Shown here in pieces: positions 33,773 to 43,846 of a stretch of DNA of 64,000 nt. The notes under the pieces were generated by a model, which ran no database searches, was not told where the DNA came from, and worked only from the letters and a program-made list of their open reading frames with translations. The stretch is from the NCBI GenBank assembly GCA_964468125.1, contig CAYXVF010000019.1, forward strand, positions 1,975-65,974, given 5' to 3'. Numbering within the stretch: position 1 is the first letter of the stretch; each line of letters opens with the position of its first letter. Source of the DNA: an uncultured Bdellovibrionales bacterium. GTDB taxonomy: Bacteria; Myxococcota; XYA12-FULL-58-9; CAYXVF01. Position numbers and translations under genes: made by a program.

Positions 33773-35681
33773 CTTTCTGGTCCTGAATTCCGGACTTCGT
33801 GAAGCTGTAGAACAGGTAGAGCACAGCCGCAGCGGCGGCGAGCGTTAGCGAGCCGGTGACGAGCTCCGGCAGGCCCGGGTCGAGCTCAGAAAGACCCACC
33901 GAACGGTACAGCGCCCGTCCTACGCCCGTGAGCGACTCGCCGGCGATGATGCCCGACGAGAAGAGCACACCGCGGCCGAGCTTTACGTCCGCTTCCGCGT
34001 CCTTTGCGCCATCCGCCATGAAATGGGCGAGCAGGCCACCGACGAGCAACGGTGGTGCGATTCCAAACGGCAAATACATCCCGACGGCGAGCGGCATCAG
34101 ATGGAGCCGGAATTCCGCGCCGCGTCGCTCGAGGAGCCAGTCGAGAATCATCACCACCACCGCGAGCCCTACACCGAGGGCGATCATGTCCCAGGGCAAA
34201 GGATTGCCATCGCTGAAGAAGCCCTTTGCGAGACCCGCGAAGAGCGCTGCCTGGGGTGCGGCGAGCTCCCGGCCGCCGATGCCGCCGGGAATGTTCGAGT
34301 GGAGGAGCTGGAGCACCGGGGCCATCACGAGCGAGCCGACGAAGACCCCGCCGATCTGCATCATCTGCTGCCGCCGAGGAGTTGCTCCGACGATTTGGCC
34401 GGTTTTGAGATCGTTGCACACGTCACCGCTCGTACACGCAGCGCAGCACACGATCGCCGCGACGCCGAGTGTCGCCACCATTCCCTCTGTGCCACTGAAT
34501 CCGAACACCAACATCAGTGCGCCCGTGAACAGCACCGCCGTGATGGTCATACCGGAGACCGGTGAATTCGAATTGCCCACGAGGCCGACGATGTAGCTCG
34601 CCACCGCGGTGAAGAAGAAACTCATTACCACCATGATGACGGTGGTCACCGCGGCGATGATGATGCTCTGGGTCAGGGAGAAGTAAACGCCACCGATCAG
34701 CGAGATGGCCAACAGAGAAAACAGAATGATCGCGGGACCTGGCAAATCCTCGAGACCGTCGTCCCCGTCGTGGGTGACACCGCGCAGCTTCTGCACCGCC
34801 TCGACGAGTCCGTGGCGCACCTTGAAGATCGACTGCACGCCTCCCATCACCATCGCGCCGACGCCGATGAAGCGGATCTGGCCCGACCAGAGTTCGTAGG
34901 CGGCGTCCACGGGGTTTTCTACCGTGCCGACCTCGAACAGCGGCATGGCGACGAGCCATCCGATCGCACCGCCGAGGAACATCAGCAGGGCGACATTGAG
35001 TCGTACGATGAAACCCACCGCGACGAGCGCCGGTGAGATCTCACTGCCAAAAAAGAAGAGCCGACCAGACGCGTTGACCGCACCTTCCATCGCCGGTTTC
35101 ACCAGGAGAATCAGCGAGTCCGCAGCCTTCATTGCTGCGCCCACCACCGCCCCCCAGGCGACGGCCATCGCACCCCTGCGGTCGGCCTTCGCGGCGCCGG
35201 ACTTTAGTACCTCGGCGCAGGCGATCCCCTCGGGGAATTTGAGCTCGGCGCGGGGGGAGGCGACGAAGACACGTCGCATCGGGATCATGAAGAGGATACC
35301 GAGGAGACCGCCGGTGAAGGCCACCAGCGTCGTGGTGACGAAGTCGAACTCTTTCCAGACGCCGATGAGCACGAGGGCGGGCATGGTGAAAATCACCCCC
35401 GCGGCCAGTGACTCTCCGGCGGACGCGCCTGTCTGCACTTGGTTGGCCTCGAGGATGGTGCCGTTGCGAAAGAGGCCCCGCAGGATCAGCATTCCGATCA
35501 CCGCCGCGGGAATCGAGGCGGATACGGTCAAGCCGACGTAGAGGCCGAGGTAGACGTTCGCCGCGCCCATCACCACGGACAGGATGAGCGCGAGGATCAC
35601 CGCCCGAGGAGTGAGCTCGGGGATCGGTGAAACGTTGGGCGTCGGATTTTGCGCTGAGCTCAAGTCAGTGGCAGTGCTCAC
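33762..35681 (-). CDS. OPT-superfamily oligopeptide transporter
   Basis: The 639-aa polytopic membrane protein has an N-terminal pattern [40 protein letters not shown] typical of bacterial OPT proteins. The GTG start overlaps the POT gene stop as GTGA (35678-35681). Confidence 0.85.
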   Translation of the reverse strand: MSTATDLSSAQNPTPNVSPIPELTPRAVILALILSVVMGAANVYLGLYVGLTVSASIPAAVIGMLILRGLFRNGTILEANQVQTGASAGESLAAGVIFTMPALVLIGVWKEFDFVTTTLVAFTGGLLGILFMIPMRRVFVASPRAELKFPEGIACAEVLKSGAAKADRRGAMAVAWGAVVGAAMKAADSLILLVKPAMEGAVNASGRLFFFGSEISPALVAVGFIVRLNVALLMFLGGAIGWLVAMPLFEVGTVENPVDAAYELWSGQIRFIGVGAMVMGGVQSIFKVRHGLVEAVQKLRGVTHDGDDGLEDLPGPAIILFSLLAISLIGGVYFSLTQSIIIAAVTTVIMVVMSFFFTAVASYIVGLVGNSNSPVSGMTITAVLFTGALMLVFGFSGTEGMVATLGVAAIVCCAACTSGDVCNDLKTGQIVGATPRRQQMMQIGGVFVGSLVMAPVLQLLHSNIPGGIGGRELAAPQAALFAGLAKGFFSDGNPLPWDMIALGVGLAVVVMILDWLLERRGAEFRLHLMPLAVGMYLPFGIAPPLLVGGLLAHFMADGAKDAEADVKLGRGVLFSSGIIAGESLTGVGRALYRSVGLSELDPGLPELVTGSLTLAAAAAVLYLFYSFTKSGIQDQKATG

Positions 35682-37342
35682 TGAACGTACTCATGGGTTT
35701 TGTAGAACGCCGCACGCAAGGCGAAGAGCCCACCGAAAACGCCCATGGCGATCGCGAAGGTCCAGAAGAAGTTCGCCAAATCGAGCCCTTCGCTCACGCC
35801 CGCGATGAAGCCCACGAACACGTTGCCGAGGGTCACGGTGAGCAGCCACAGCCCCATCACCGTCGACTTCACGCTCTTCGGTGACTGCGTGTAGGCAAAC
35901 TCGAGGCCGGTGATCGAGACCAGGACCTCGGACTGGGTGAGCAGGAAGTACTGGATGAGCTGCCAGCCGACGCTCACTTCACCCGGGCCCGCGGCATCGA
36001 TCGCGTGCTGCGCTAAGGCCGCGGCGACGAAGGAGGATCCGGTCATGAGCATTCCGACGGTCATGCGCTGCAACGCGGTGACCTTCAGGCCCGATTTACG
36101 CAGCAACGAGACCACGAAGCCGGTGACCGGGATGAGGATCATCACCATGAGCGGATTCAAGCTCTGAATCTGGTCCGGCTGCGCCACGACAAAGCCCAAG
36201 TCGAGGTTCATCTGCTTGGCTTGAAGCACCCAGGTGGAGCCGTGTTGGTCAAAGAGGGCCCAGAACATCGAGACGAACAGGAAGATCGACATGATCCGCC
36301 ACAATGAGACGTGAGCCTCGACCGCGTCGTAGCCGAACTTCTTCTCCGCGGCGGCGAAGATTTTTGGCACCTTGCTGCCGAAACCTTCTCGTTGGGCCTG
36401 CTGATTGGCACCGCCGACGAGAGCGCTGACCGTGGTGAACAAGACGGCAAAGAAGCCGTTGTCCTGCTCGATCTTTTGGCGGGCCTGCCAGACGAAGGGG
36501 AGGATGATCACCGCGATCAGCATCGCGATCAGCATCGTCTGCACCCCGATGAGCTCCATGAAAAGCACGCCGCCGAGCGCGACGAAGAGGCATAGGCCGA
36601 TCAGGGTATCGAGCACACCGAGCTTGCCGCCGGGGGCGGCGGGCACGTGCACGAATTTGTTGCGGCCGAGCCAGAAGAACAGGGTGGCGATCGCCATCAG
36701 GACGCCCGGGACCGCGAAGGCCACGCTCCAGCCGAAGGTCGCCCGCAACCAGGGGATGAGCAGGGTCGCAAAGAACGAGCCGAAATTGATGATGAAGTAG
36801 AACGCTTGGTACATCTTCTCTAGCAAGTGCCAGTTGCCCTTGCCGAATTGGTCGCCGACGTTCGCCGATACGCAGGGCTTGATGCCCCCGGTGCCCACCG
36901 CGATCAGAATCAGGCCCGTATAGGTTCCGACGACGCTCCCCTCACCGAGGGAGAGCACGGCGTGCCCGATGGTGTAGACGATCGAGAGCCAGAGAATCGT
37001 GTTATATTTGCCGAGGAGCCGGTCGGCGAGTATGGCCCCGAGGATCGGGACGAAGTAGGCGCCTGCGACGAAGTAGTGATAAACCGAAGCCGCTTTTGCG
37101 CCGGCGGCGTCCGGCGCCATGCCCGTTTCCTGGAAGAGAAACGCGAGGTACAGCGTGAGGATGGCGCGCATGCCGTAGTAGCTGAAGCGCTCGCAGCCCT
37201 CGTTGCCGATGATGTAGGGGACGCCCTGGGGCCAACCCGTCGCGGAGTGATCCGGTTCCGTTCGGTACCCGTGTTTATCGACCTTCGGGGTGGACGAAGG
37301 CTTCTGCGAGCCGTTCTGTTCGCTTTCCGCGACCATCTGCAA
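35678..37342 (-). CDS. POT/PTR2-family proton-dependent di/tripeptide transporter (MFS)
   Basis: The PTR2 signature GNEGCERFSYYGMRAILTLYL is present. The protein has about 14 TM segments, and its length of 554 aa fits the family. Confidence 0.85.
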   Translation of the reverse strand: MQMVAESEQNGSQKPSSTPKVDKHGYRTEPDHSATGWPQGVPYIIGNEGCERFSYYGMRAILTLYLAFLFQETGMAPDAAGAKAASVYHYFVAGAYFVPILGAILADRLLGKYNTILWLSIVYTIGHAVLSLGEGSVVGTYTGLILIAVGTGGIKPCVSANVGDQFGKGNWHLLEKMYQAFYFIINFGSFFATLLIPWLRATFGWSVAFAVPGVLMAIATLFFWLGRNKFVHVPAAPGGKLGVLDTLIGLCLFVALGGVLFMELIGVQTMLIAMLIAVIILPFVWQARQKIEQDNGFFAVLFTTVSALVGGANQQAQREGFGSKVPKIFAAAEKKFGYDAVEAHVSLWRIMSIFLFVSMFWALFDQHGSTWVLQAKQMNLDLGFVVAQPDQIQSLNPLMVMILIPVTGFVVSLLRKSGLKVTALQRMTVGMLMTGSSFVAAALAQHAIDAAGPGEVSVGWQLIQYFLLTQSEVLVSITGLEFAYTQSPKSVKSTVMGLWLLTVTLGNVFVGFIAGVSEGLDLANFFWTFAIAMGVFGGLFALRAAFYKTHEYVQ

Positions 37343-37496
37343 TTCTCCAACTCTTGGCGGCTGGCCAGAACCAGACGAGAGGGTGCATGCATGCGAACCC
37401 CTCCCCCCAGCGCTGATGGGCGCTATACAGAAATCGGTTTCCCGCCGTCAAACCGTTGTCACATGAGCGTGCCGGAGTGCCAACCGGGGGCGACCC

Positions 37497-38348
37497 TCAT
37501 CTGTTTAGCAAATCACTGAGCGCCGCCCGAGCACCGTCGTCGAGGCCGCGTCGCTCCGCGAGGGTCAGGGCGCGGAGGCTCAGCCGCCGGTAGATCTCGC
37601 GCGTCGGAGCGTCGAGCGCCTCTAGGTGCCGTTGCACCCCCTCCACGTCGCCCCGGCTCACCGGTCCCGTGAGCCCGTCTTGCGCCCCCTGGCGGATCAC
37701 GTTGTCGATCGCGACGGCCGCGAGCTCGGCGAGGGCCCGTTCCGCATCGTCGATCCCCGCACGACTCGCGACCTCCGCAGCCTCGGATAGGAGGGCGACG
37801 ACGAGGTTTGCCGCCATGACCGCCGCCGCGTGGTAGCGGGTCTTGGCGTGCGCTGCGATGCGCTGCACTCGAACCCCGGTAGGGTGCAGAAGCGTTTCGA
37901 GGGCGTCGAGGGCCGGCGCGTCGCCCTCGACCGTAAACAGCGCGCGGTTGAGGGCATCGGCGGCGATCCGCGGCGAGCGCATGGCCACGAGCGGGTGAAG
38001 GCTGCCCCGTGGCACGGGCTGCTCCCCCAGCGCGGCGGCGGGGAGCGCTCCACTCACGTGGGCGATGACCATTCCTGCTCTGAGCTGTGGGCGCAGGCGC
38101 TCGCCCACCTCGCCGATCGCTTGGTCGCTGACCGCGACGAGCACGAGGTCGCATTCGGGGAGCTCGGGCCAGCGCTGAGCGCCGACCGGGATCGGCAGCG
38201 CGTCCTGCGCAGCCCGGGCACCTCCGACGGACCGGTTCCAGGCGCCCGCGAGCGTGTGTCCTCGGCGGGAGAGCCACAAACCCATGGCGGTTCCCGCCGC
38301 TCCGGTTCCGATGAGAAAAACCCGCTTCCCTGCGTCGTCCCGCGTCAT
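37497..38348 (-). CDS. Rossmann-like + DUF2520 domain protein
   Basis: The N-terminus has the dinucleotide-binding motif VFLIGTGAAGTAMG. The C-terminal motif is LTGPVSRGDVEGVQRHLEAL (DUF2520-type TGP.RGD...HL). Confidence 0.7.
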   Translation of the reverse strand: MTRDDAGKRVFLIGTGAAGTAMGLWLSRRGHTLAGAWNRSVGGARAAQDALPIPVGAQRWPELPECDLVLVAVSDQAIGEVGERLRPQLRAGMVIAHVSGALPAAALGEQPVPRGSLHPLVAMRSPRIAADALNRALFTVEGDAPALDALETLLHPTGVRVQRIAAHAKTRYHAAAVMAANLVVALLSEAAEVASRAGIDDAERALAELAAVAIDNVIRQGAQDGLTGPVSRGDVEGVQRHLEALDAPTREIYRRLSLRALTLAERRGLDDGARAALSDLLNR

Positions 38349-38492
38349 CGCAGCGGCTCATACGAAAACGCGCGTCCCTTGGCGAGCCGATCGACGATCG
38401 GCGACGGGCGCGGTTCTCAAAAAGAGCGATCGTGCGAGCGAACCGCGGCGGCCAGAGCCCCTCGCCGCTCATTTTCTGCTATAGTTTTCGAT

Positions 38493-40265
38493 GTGACCCA
38501 GCGGATCAGCACCCGTCGCGAGCGGAGCGTCAACTTCGTTCAGGACGGACAATATGACTATGCTGAAGAAGGCGATCGGGGGCGCGACGTACAACGGGAG
38601 CGCGCCGTCATGGTCCGCGCCTGGGAGCAACTCCGTGCGGCCGGCCTGCTTTCCTACGGAGTCGAGCTCGGCGACCGGCTCCATCCGATCGCACAAGCGC
38701 GCTACCAGGATCTCCTCGACGCCGGCGAGATCAACGCCCTCCCGACCACCTACGAAGCGGCGATGCGGATCCTGGTCACCGACCAAAACGGCGACTCTCA
38801 ATTCGACATCAACATCGACAGTCTCATGCGCGCGCGTGTCGTTCGCGAGGGTGCTACCCGAGAACAGGTGAGAGCTGCGCTCCTTGCGGACCCTGTGCCG
38901 GTGGGCGCGGACCGGATCGAGCGGGAGTCGAGCGGTGTGAGCCGCTTCCCCTTCGGCGGGGGGCTCAACGATGCGGGGCGCGCGCTGCATCGCGACGTTG
39001 GCGACGTTCGCCTGCGCGACGCGGCGATCGACGCCGCGCGAGACTTTATGCGGGAGAATCGTGGCGCTCTACACCACAACGCGGGTCTTCTGGCGAGCAA
39101 CGCGCTCACGAGTGCGGGGGCGCTCGCCGAGGAGGGACGCGCCGACGCGGGGGCCAGGCTCCTGTTCGAGACCGGGGCGCAGCTCATTCGAGCAGGCAAG
39201 CACGCGCAGGCCCGACGCCTCATCGACGCCTTGGACGGCGAGCCCTACCGGCGGGCGACGTTCAATGGCATGGGATTTCCGGTGGGGGCGGGAAGCGAGG
39301 CCGTTCGACGGAGTGGTCCGGGCGGCCGGGTTCGAGTCGACATCGACCCCGACGATCACGACCTGATGGGCGTGAGCGCGGCACGTCTTCAACGCGCCCA
39401 GCTCGACTGGATCGACGGGCTGCGTGCGGTGGTGGGAGCGGACGCGGACCCCTACGTGCTCGAGGATGTCCGGGAGTACCTCGCGGTCGTGGCCCGAGAC
39501 GGTGACGTGGATGACTTGGCGAGATGCATGCGTGAGTACGCGGAAGCGTTCTACGTGCACGCGGGAAGTGACGTCCGCTATGAAGGCTGGCCCGACGAGA
39601 ACACTCGGCCCGCTGGCGCGCAGAGCATCATGGATTCGACTCTCTCCACCGTCGATGGGCGCCGGCTGATAGATTGCGAAGGCTTTACCTACCTGGCTTC
39701 GCATCTCACCTCTGACATTCAGGGGCGGGATGGGGGGAATCGTTTCGATCAGTGGTTCGTGTCAACGGAGAGTCACATCACGCTCCTTCTCTATGACCGT
39801 GAGCACCCGGGTGAGGCGATTTACGTCGACAACGACGGGATCGGCGCGCGCCACTCAGTTAATGACGAGCTCCTCGTCGCCGACCTCGTGCACCAAGTAA
39901 TGGGTGAGGTAAACGTGGGGGGCCGGGTTCGGGCGGTTGCGCTCAACGAGCAACCGGGTGGCGCCTGGCCTTACGATGAAGACGGTGAGCCCCGCATGGG
40001 GGAGGGACACATCACGGTGGTGGGGCACGGACGCGTAGAGCTCGACCCAAGGGTGCTGGGAGCCGGGGAGTGGAAGTACCGCTTCATGCAGGTCGACGGA
40101 GTTGTTCACGACCGCTTTCGCGAGTTCTGGGAGGGGCGCGAGCGACCGGAGAACAACGATGCGGCGATGCAGGAGTTCGTGGAGGCTCACCGGGAATTCC
40201 TCGGACCGGAGCTGAGCCATTCCGATTTCGTGTCAATGCGGCGTCTCGCCCGTGAGGAACGGTGA
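38493..40265 (+). CDS. Hypothetical cytoplasmic protein (~590 aa), no family recognised; start uncertain
   Basis: Codon bias is coding-like downstream of about nt 38600. Start candidates are GTG 38493 and ATG 38610 (the latter preceded by GGGAG). The upstream part of track ORF 37830..40265 is antisense to the DUF2520 gene. Confidence 0.6.
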   Translation: MTQRISTRRERSVNFVQDGQYDYAEEGDRGRDVQRERAVMVRAWEQLRAAGLLSYGVELGDRLHPIAQARYQDLLDAGEINALPTTYEAAMRILVTDQNGDSQFDINIDSLMRARVVREGATREQVRAALLADPVPVGADRIERESSGVSRFPFGGGLNDAGRALHRDVGDVRLRDAAIDAARDFMRENRGALHHNAGLLASNALTSAGALAEEGRADAGARLLFETGAQLIRAGKHAQARRLIDALDGEPYRRATFNGMGFPVGAGSEAVRRSGPGGRVRVDIDPDDHDLMGVSAARLQRAQLDWIDGLRAVVGADADPYVLEDVREYLAVVARDGDVDDLARCMREYAEAFYVHAGSDVRYEGWPDENTRPAGAQSIMDSTLSTVDGRRLIDCEGFTYLASHLTSDIQGRDGGNRFDQWFVSTESHITLLLYDREHPGEAIYVDNDGIGARHSVNDELLVADLVHQVMGEVNVGGRVRAVALNEQPGGAWPYDEDGEPRMGEGHITVVGHGRVELDPRVLGAGEWKYRFMQVDGVVHDRFREFWEGRERPENNDAAMQEFVEAHREFLGPELSHSDFVSMRRLAREER

Positions 40266-40900
40266 TGGGCGGCCGGCTTCTGTTTCTCGCGGCGCTCTTG
40301 CGTGGCTGTAGCCTCGATTCGGATCTTCCGCAGGCGAGCTCTCGCTGGAACCACCCCGCGGGCCTGCGCTGGCAAGCGGAAGGTCCTGTTCCCGAAGTAA
40401 AGACGTTGAGTGTTGAGCTCGAAGGCTCCTCACTCGCCTCGACCTTATTCGACGCGCTGGTGCGCGCGCAGAGGGCGGGCGTGAAAGATCTCGAGATCGT
40501 CGCTCAGACCGATGGACGGGTCGTTGGCTTGCCGGTGGAGCTCCCGGCCTTTTGCCCCGCGCGTCGCCCCTACGCGCGCGGCTGTGGCACCGCCCGCCTG
40601 ATGCTGCGCTCGGGGGACGCGGAGCTGCTCTACCTCGAAGCGACCCCCGACGATTGCACGAATCGACTCTTCGAGCCCGTGCAGCGCCCCTTAGGCGAGA
40701 TCGCCTGGGTCGAGCTCGATCGGATCGGTCCGGAAACCCTCGGAACCTTTGAGCTTCTAGAAGTGGGAGTCTGCGATCACGTGGGTCTCGCCGCCGAGCC
40801 CGACGTTCCGCTCCAGCGAGTCGTCGAGGCCTACGATGCGCTCGCTCGAACCGGAGTGGAACGCATCGTTTTCACCGTCGGAATCCGCGAACGCCGGTGA
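40262..40900 (+). CDS. Hypothetical lipoprotein; C-terminus weakly ExbD/TolR-like
   Basis: The start (GTG 40262 or ATG 40265) overlaps the upstream stop TGA 40263-40265. The lipobox is LAALLRGC. The C-terminal segment VGLAAEPDVPLQRVVEAYDALARTGVERIVFTV resembles the ExbD periplasmic domain pattern. Confidence 0.55.
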   Translation: MMGGRLLFLAALLRGCSLDSDLPQASSRWNHPAGLRWQAEGPVPEVKTLSVELEGSSLASTLFDALVRAQRAGVKDLEIVAQTDGRVVGLPVELPAFCPARRPYARGCGTARLMLRSGDAELLYLEATPDDCTNRLFEPVQRPLGEIAWVELDRIGPETLGTFELLEVGVCDHVGLAAEPDVPLQRVVEAYDALARTGVERIVFTVGIRERR

Positions 40901-41142
40901 GTGGCCAGGACCTCTCACTCGGAGCCGGCCTGGCACTAGACTCCTGCGCGGCCGGTGCCGCGGCCGGGTTCGCCTACCTGCGTTGGAAGGACAAACATCA
41001 GCCGGAACCCTGGGTTCTCCACCTCCTGTCGCTCACCGGGGGCTCGGTGGCGGTCCTGGGCGTTCTACGGCTTCAGCGCGAGCGGACGGAAAACGTACAT
41101 AAATCCGAGATTTGTGGGTCTCGACAGTCAATGGTCGATTGA
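40897..41142 (+). CDS. Small putative 2-TM membrane protein (81 aa)
   Basis: The GTG overlaps the upstream stop as GTGA (40897-40900). Two hydrophobic segments are present (LGAGLALDSCAAGAAAGFAYL and WVLHLLSLTGGSVAVLGVL). Confidence 0.35.
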   Translation: MSGQDLSLGAGLALDSCAAGAAAGFAYLRWKDKHQPEPWVLHLLSLTGGSVAVLGVLRLQRERTENVHKSEICGSRQSMVD

Positions 41143-41143
41143 C
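41127..41143. repeat. Perfect inverted repeat GTCAAT-N5-ATTGAC (possible operator)
   Basis: Seen directly in the sequence. It overlaps the candidate -35 element of the clpA-like gene and the stop codon of the 81-aa ORF. Confidence 0.3.
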
Positions 41144-41168
41144 CCCGAGGATCTGCCCATTGCATAGT
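41139..41168 (+). promoter_or_regulatory. Sigma70-like promoter candidate upstream of the clpA-like gene: TTGACC-18 nt-CATAGT
   Basis: TTGACC lies at 41139-41144 and CATAGT at 41163-41168. The -35 element is embedded in the palindrome GTCAAT-N5-ATTGAC (41127-41143). Confidence 0.25.
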
Positions 41169-41284
41169 GAACAAAGCTCACGGGTTCTTCCAAGGCGAGG
41201 CGTTTGTGTCGGTGTCGCGTGCGCGCGCGGAATCGATACGGGCGGTTGAAGCCGGACCTCCGTGGGGTGAGGAGGGCATGCGCT

Positions 41285-43729
41285 GTGGAGACCGTCTCTG
41301 ACAGCAGGGCGTCCGTACGCGCCTATCTCGAAGCGGAAGACATCGCCCAGCGGGCAGGTCAGCCGCTCTCATCACTCCATCTCTTGCTTGCGTTGTTCAC
41401 CTTTCCCAATCGGGCTCAGGCGTTGCTGATCGAGCGTGGAATGGATGAGGACCGGATTCTCGAGAGTGTTCGTGTGCTCGAGGACGAGCCGAAGCGGATG
41501 GTGACCCGTTTGCGAGAGCGCGCGCGGGACATCGCCAAGAGCTCGGGCGGCGATGAGGGCACCGATTGTCTACACCTTCTGATCGCCATGACACGGCTGC
41601 GCGACGCCTTCGCCTACCGGGTGCTTGAGCGTACGGGGATCTCGGTTACCGCGCTGCGAAACCTCGCCGTCTCCTATGTGACCGGGCACATGCCGCGCCG
41701 CTTCAAAGCGATCCGCAGCGAAGAGCCGACCCCGGTGTTGACCGCATCGCGCGGCCGCTCGCGGGTGGCGAAGGCCCAGGTCGCAGAACCGCTGCCGCCG
41801 AAAGCGGAGCCGGAAGAGGCACTCGAAGAAGAAGACACAGAAGACTGGGAGGTTGAGGAGCAGGCTCCTTCTCGCCTCACACAGCTCGCGCGCGACGCCG
41901 CGGCCTCGCGCAGCGCAACGGAGTCGGGGGGCCTCTCGGAGATTGCGCCGACGCTCGCCGAGTGCGGCATCGATCTCCTGGAGCGCGCTCGCTCGGGCAA
42001 GCTCGATGCGGTCATTGGCCGCGAGCGCGAACTCGAATCCTTGATCGACATTCTCGGAAAGCGGCGCTCCAACAACCCGGTCCTCGTGGGACCTCCGGGT
42101 GTCGGTAAGACCGCGATCGTCGAGGGGCTGGCGGTGAAGATTGCGCGGGGAGAAAGCGATGTGCAGCACCTCTCGGACGCACATTTGGTGGCCCTCGACA
42201 CTGGGGCGATGGTTGCGGGTACGAGTCTGCGCGGCGCCTTCAGCGAGCGCATGGGGGCGATCAAGGAAGAGGTCGCGAGGGCCAACGGCCAGATCCTCGT
42301 TTTCATCGACGAGCTCCACACGCTGATCGGCGCGGGAAGCTCCGGCGAAGGGCCCCAGGACGCGGCCAACGAGCTCAAGACAGCGCTCGCCCGTGGCGAG
42401 TTCCCTTGCATCGGGGCCACGACGATCGACGAATTCAAGAAGTACATCGAAAGAGATCCGGCCCTAGAGCGCCGGTTCACCCCCATCGACGTCGCCGAGC
42501 CCTCCGTAGACGAGTCGATCCTGATCCTAGAAGGTGCCATTCAGGCCTACGCGGAGCACCACGGTGTCGACTACTTGATGGACGCAGTTCATGGAGCGGT
42601 TTCGCTCACGCACCGCTTCGTTCCCGAGCGCCAGCTGCCGGACAAGGCGTTCGCCGTGGTGGACCTCGCAGGCTCGCGCGCGCGGCGCCGGGGTGCGTCC
42701 GTGGTAGAGCAGATCGACATCGCGAGGGTGGTGCACGAGTGGAGCGGTGTTCCGCTCGAGCGGCTAGCGGAGGCCGACACTGAGCGTTTCAACCGCGCTG
42801 AGCACATCATCGGTCAGAATCTGATCGGGCATGCGGACGCGGTCGCCGCCGTGGCTCGGGGGATTCGGCGGGGATTCGCGGGTTTCAACGCCAAGCGCCC
42901 GATCGCGAGCTTCCTGTTTCTCGGACCTACGGGGGTCGGCAAGACCCAGATGGTGAAGGTCTTGGCGGAATTCCTGTTCGGTCGCCGGGACGCGATCGTC
43001 CGCTTCGACATGAGCGAGCTCGCTGAAAAGCACGCGGTTTCTCGGCTGGTTGGGGCTCAGCCGGGCTACGTCGGCTATGAGGAGGGTGGCCAGCTCACCG
43101 AGGCGCTGCGCAAGCGTCCGTTCCAGATCGTGCTCTTCGACGAGATCGAAAAGGCCCACCCGGATGTCTTGAACGTGCTCCTTCAGATCTTGGACGAGGG
43201 TCATCTCACCGACAGCCGCGGTCGGCGGGTGAGCTTCTCGAACACCGTGGTGGTGCTCACGAGCAACCTCGGCTCGGACGCCTTTGAGAGGGGACGCTCG
43301 GGCATCGGTTTTGGAAGCGCTTCCGGCGGATCGGACGCTGCGGGGCGCGTACTCGAAGCCGCGCGGTCGCGCATGACTCCGGAGCTCTGGGGACGCCTCG
43401 ACGAGCGCCTGGTCTTCGAGCCACTCGCTCGTGATCAGGTTCGTCGAATCGCCGAGCTTCAGCTCGAGGAGTCCGGTGAATCCCTCTTTGCGGAGCGTCA
43501 GATCAGCCTCGAGTGGAGCGATGAAGTGCTGGAGCTTCTGTTGGACCGTGGCGGCTTTTCTCCCGCAACCGGCGCTCGTGGCATGCGCCAGGCCATTCAG
43601 CGGGACATCGAAGGCCCACTCGCCGAATCCATCCTTGCCGGCGTCGTTCGCCCCGGAGACGTTGCGAGCCTCGACGTGCGCGGCAACACCATCGTCGTGA
43701 GCGCGAGCCTGGAAGAGCTGGCAAGCTAA
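41285..43729 (+). CDS. clpA: ClpA/ClpC-type AAA+ unfoldase (Clp_N, two AAA modules, ClpP-docking IGF loop)
   Basis: GTG 41285 lies 8 nt after GAGGAGGG (41269-41276). Clp_N repeats are present. The Walker A motifs are GPPGVGKT (D1) and GPTGVGKT (D2). There is no long ClpB-type middle domain. SGIGFGS contains the IGF tripeptide (43304-43312). Confidence 0.85.
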   Translation: METVSDSRASVRAYLEAEDIAQRAGQPLSSLHLLLALFTFPNRAQALLIERGMDEDRILESVRVLEDEPKRMVTRLRERARDIAKSSGGDEGTDCLHLLIAMTRLRDAFAYRVLERTGISVTALRNLAVSYVTGHMPRRFKAIRSEEPTPVLTASRGRSRVAKAQVAEPLPPKAEPEEALEEEDTEDWEVEEQAPSRLTQLARDAAASRSATESGGLSEIAPTLAECGIDLLERARSGKLDAVIGRERELESLIDILGKRRSNNPVLVGPPGVGKTAIVEGLAVKIARGESDVQHLSDAHLVALDTGAMVAGTSLRGAFSERMGAIKEEVARANGQILVFIDELHTLIGAGSSGEGPQDAANELKTALARGEFPCIGATTIDEFKKYIERDPALERRFTPIDVAEPSVDESILILEGAIQAYAEHHGVDYLMDAVHGAVSLTHRFVPERQLPDKAFAVVDLAGSRARRRGASVVEQIDIARVVHEWSGVPLERLAEADTERFNRAEHIIGQNLIGHADAVAAVARGIRRGFAGFNAKRPIASFLFLGPTGVGKTQMVKVLAEFLFGRRDAIVRFDMSELAEKHAVSRLVGAQPGYVGYEEGGQLTEALRKRPFQIVLFDEIEKAHPDVLNVLLQILDEGHLTDSRGRRVSFSNTVVVLTSNLGSDAFERGRSGIGFGSASGGSDAAGRVLEAARSRMTPELWGRLDERLVFEPLARDQVRRIAELQLEESGESLFAERQISLEWSDEVLELLLDRGGFSPATGARGMRQAIQRDIEGPLAESILAGVVRPGDVASLDVRGNTIVVSASLEELAS

Positions 43730-43846
43730 GCGCCGGAATATGAGCGTAACCGATCGGCGTGGAGCACGTACAGTCTGTGCGGGTGCGTCATGGGGTGACG
43801 GAGGCGGGCCCCGAGCTTAGCTTCTGATGGAGGAGGTTGTCATTCA

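Noticed and set aside
37513-38472. The 319-aa minus-strand alternative frame overlapping the DUF2520 gene, and the first 220 codons of plus ORF 37830..40265.
   Set aside because: Both are Arg/Gly/Pro-rich with no motifs. The 37497..38348 frame has a Rossmann GxGxxG and the DUF2520 TGP.RGD motif.
41285-43729. The Clp-like ATPase as a type VI secretion ClpV or a ClpB disaggregase.
   Set aside because: It has an IGF ClpP-docking loop and lacks a long coiled-coil middle domain. No T6SS genes (tssB/C, hcp, vgrG) are present in the window.
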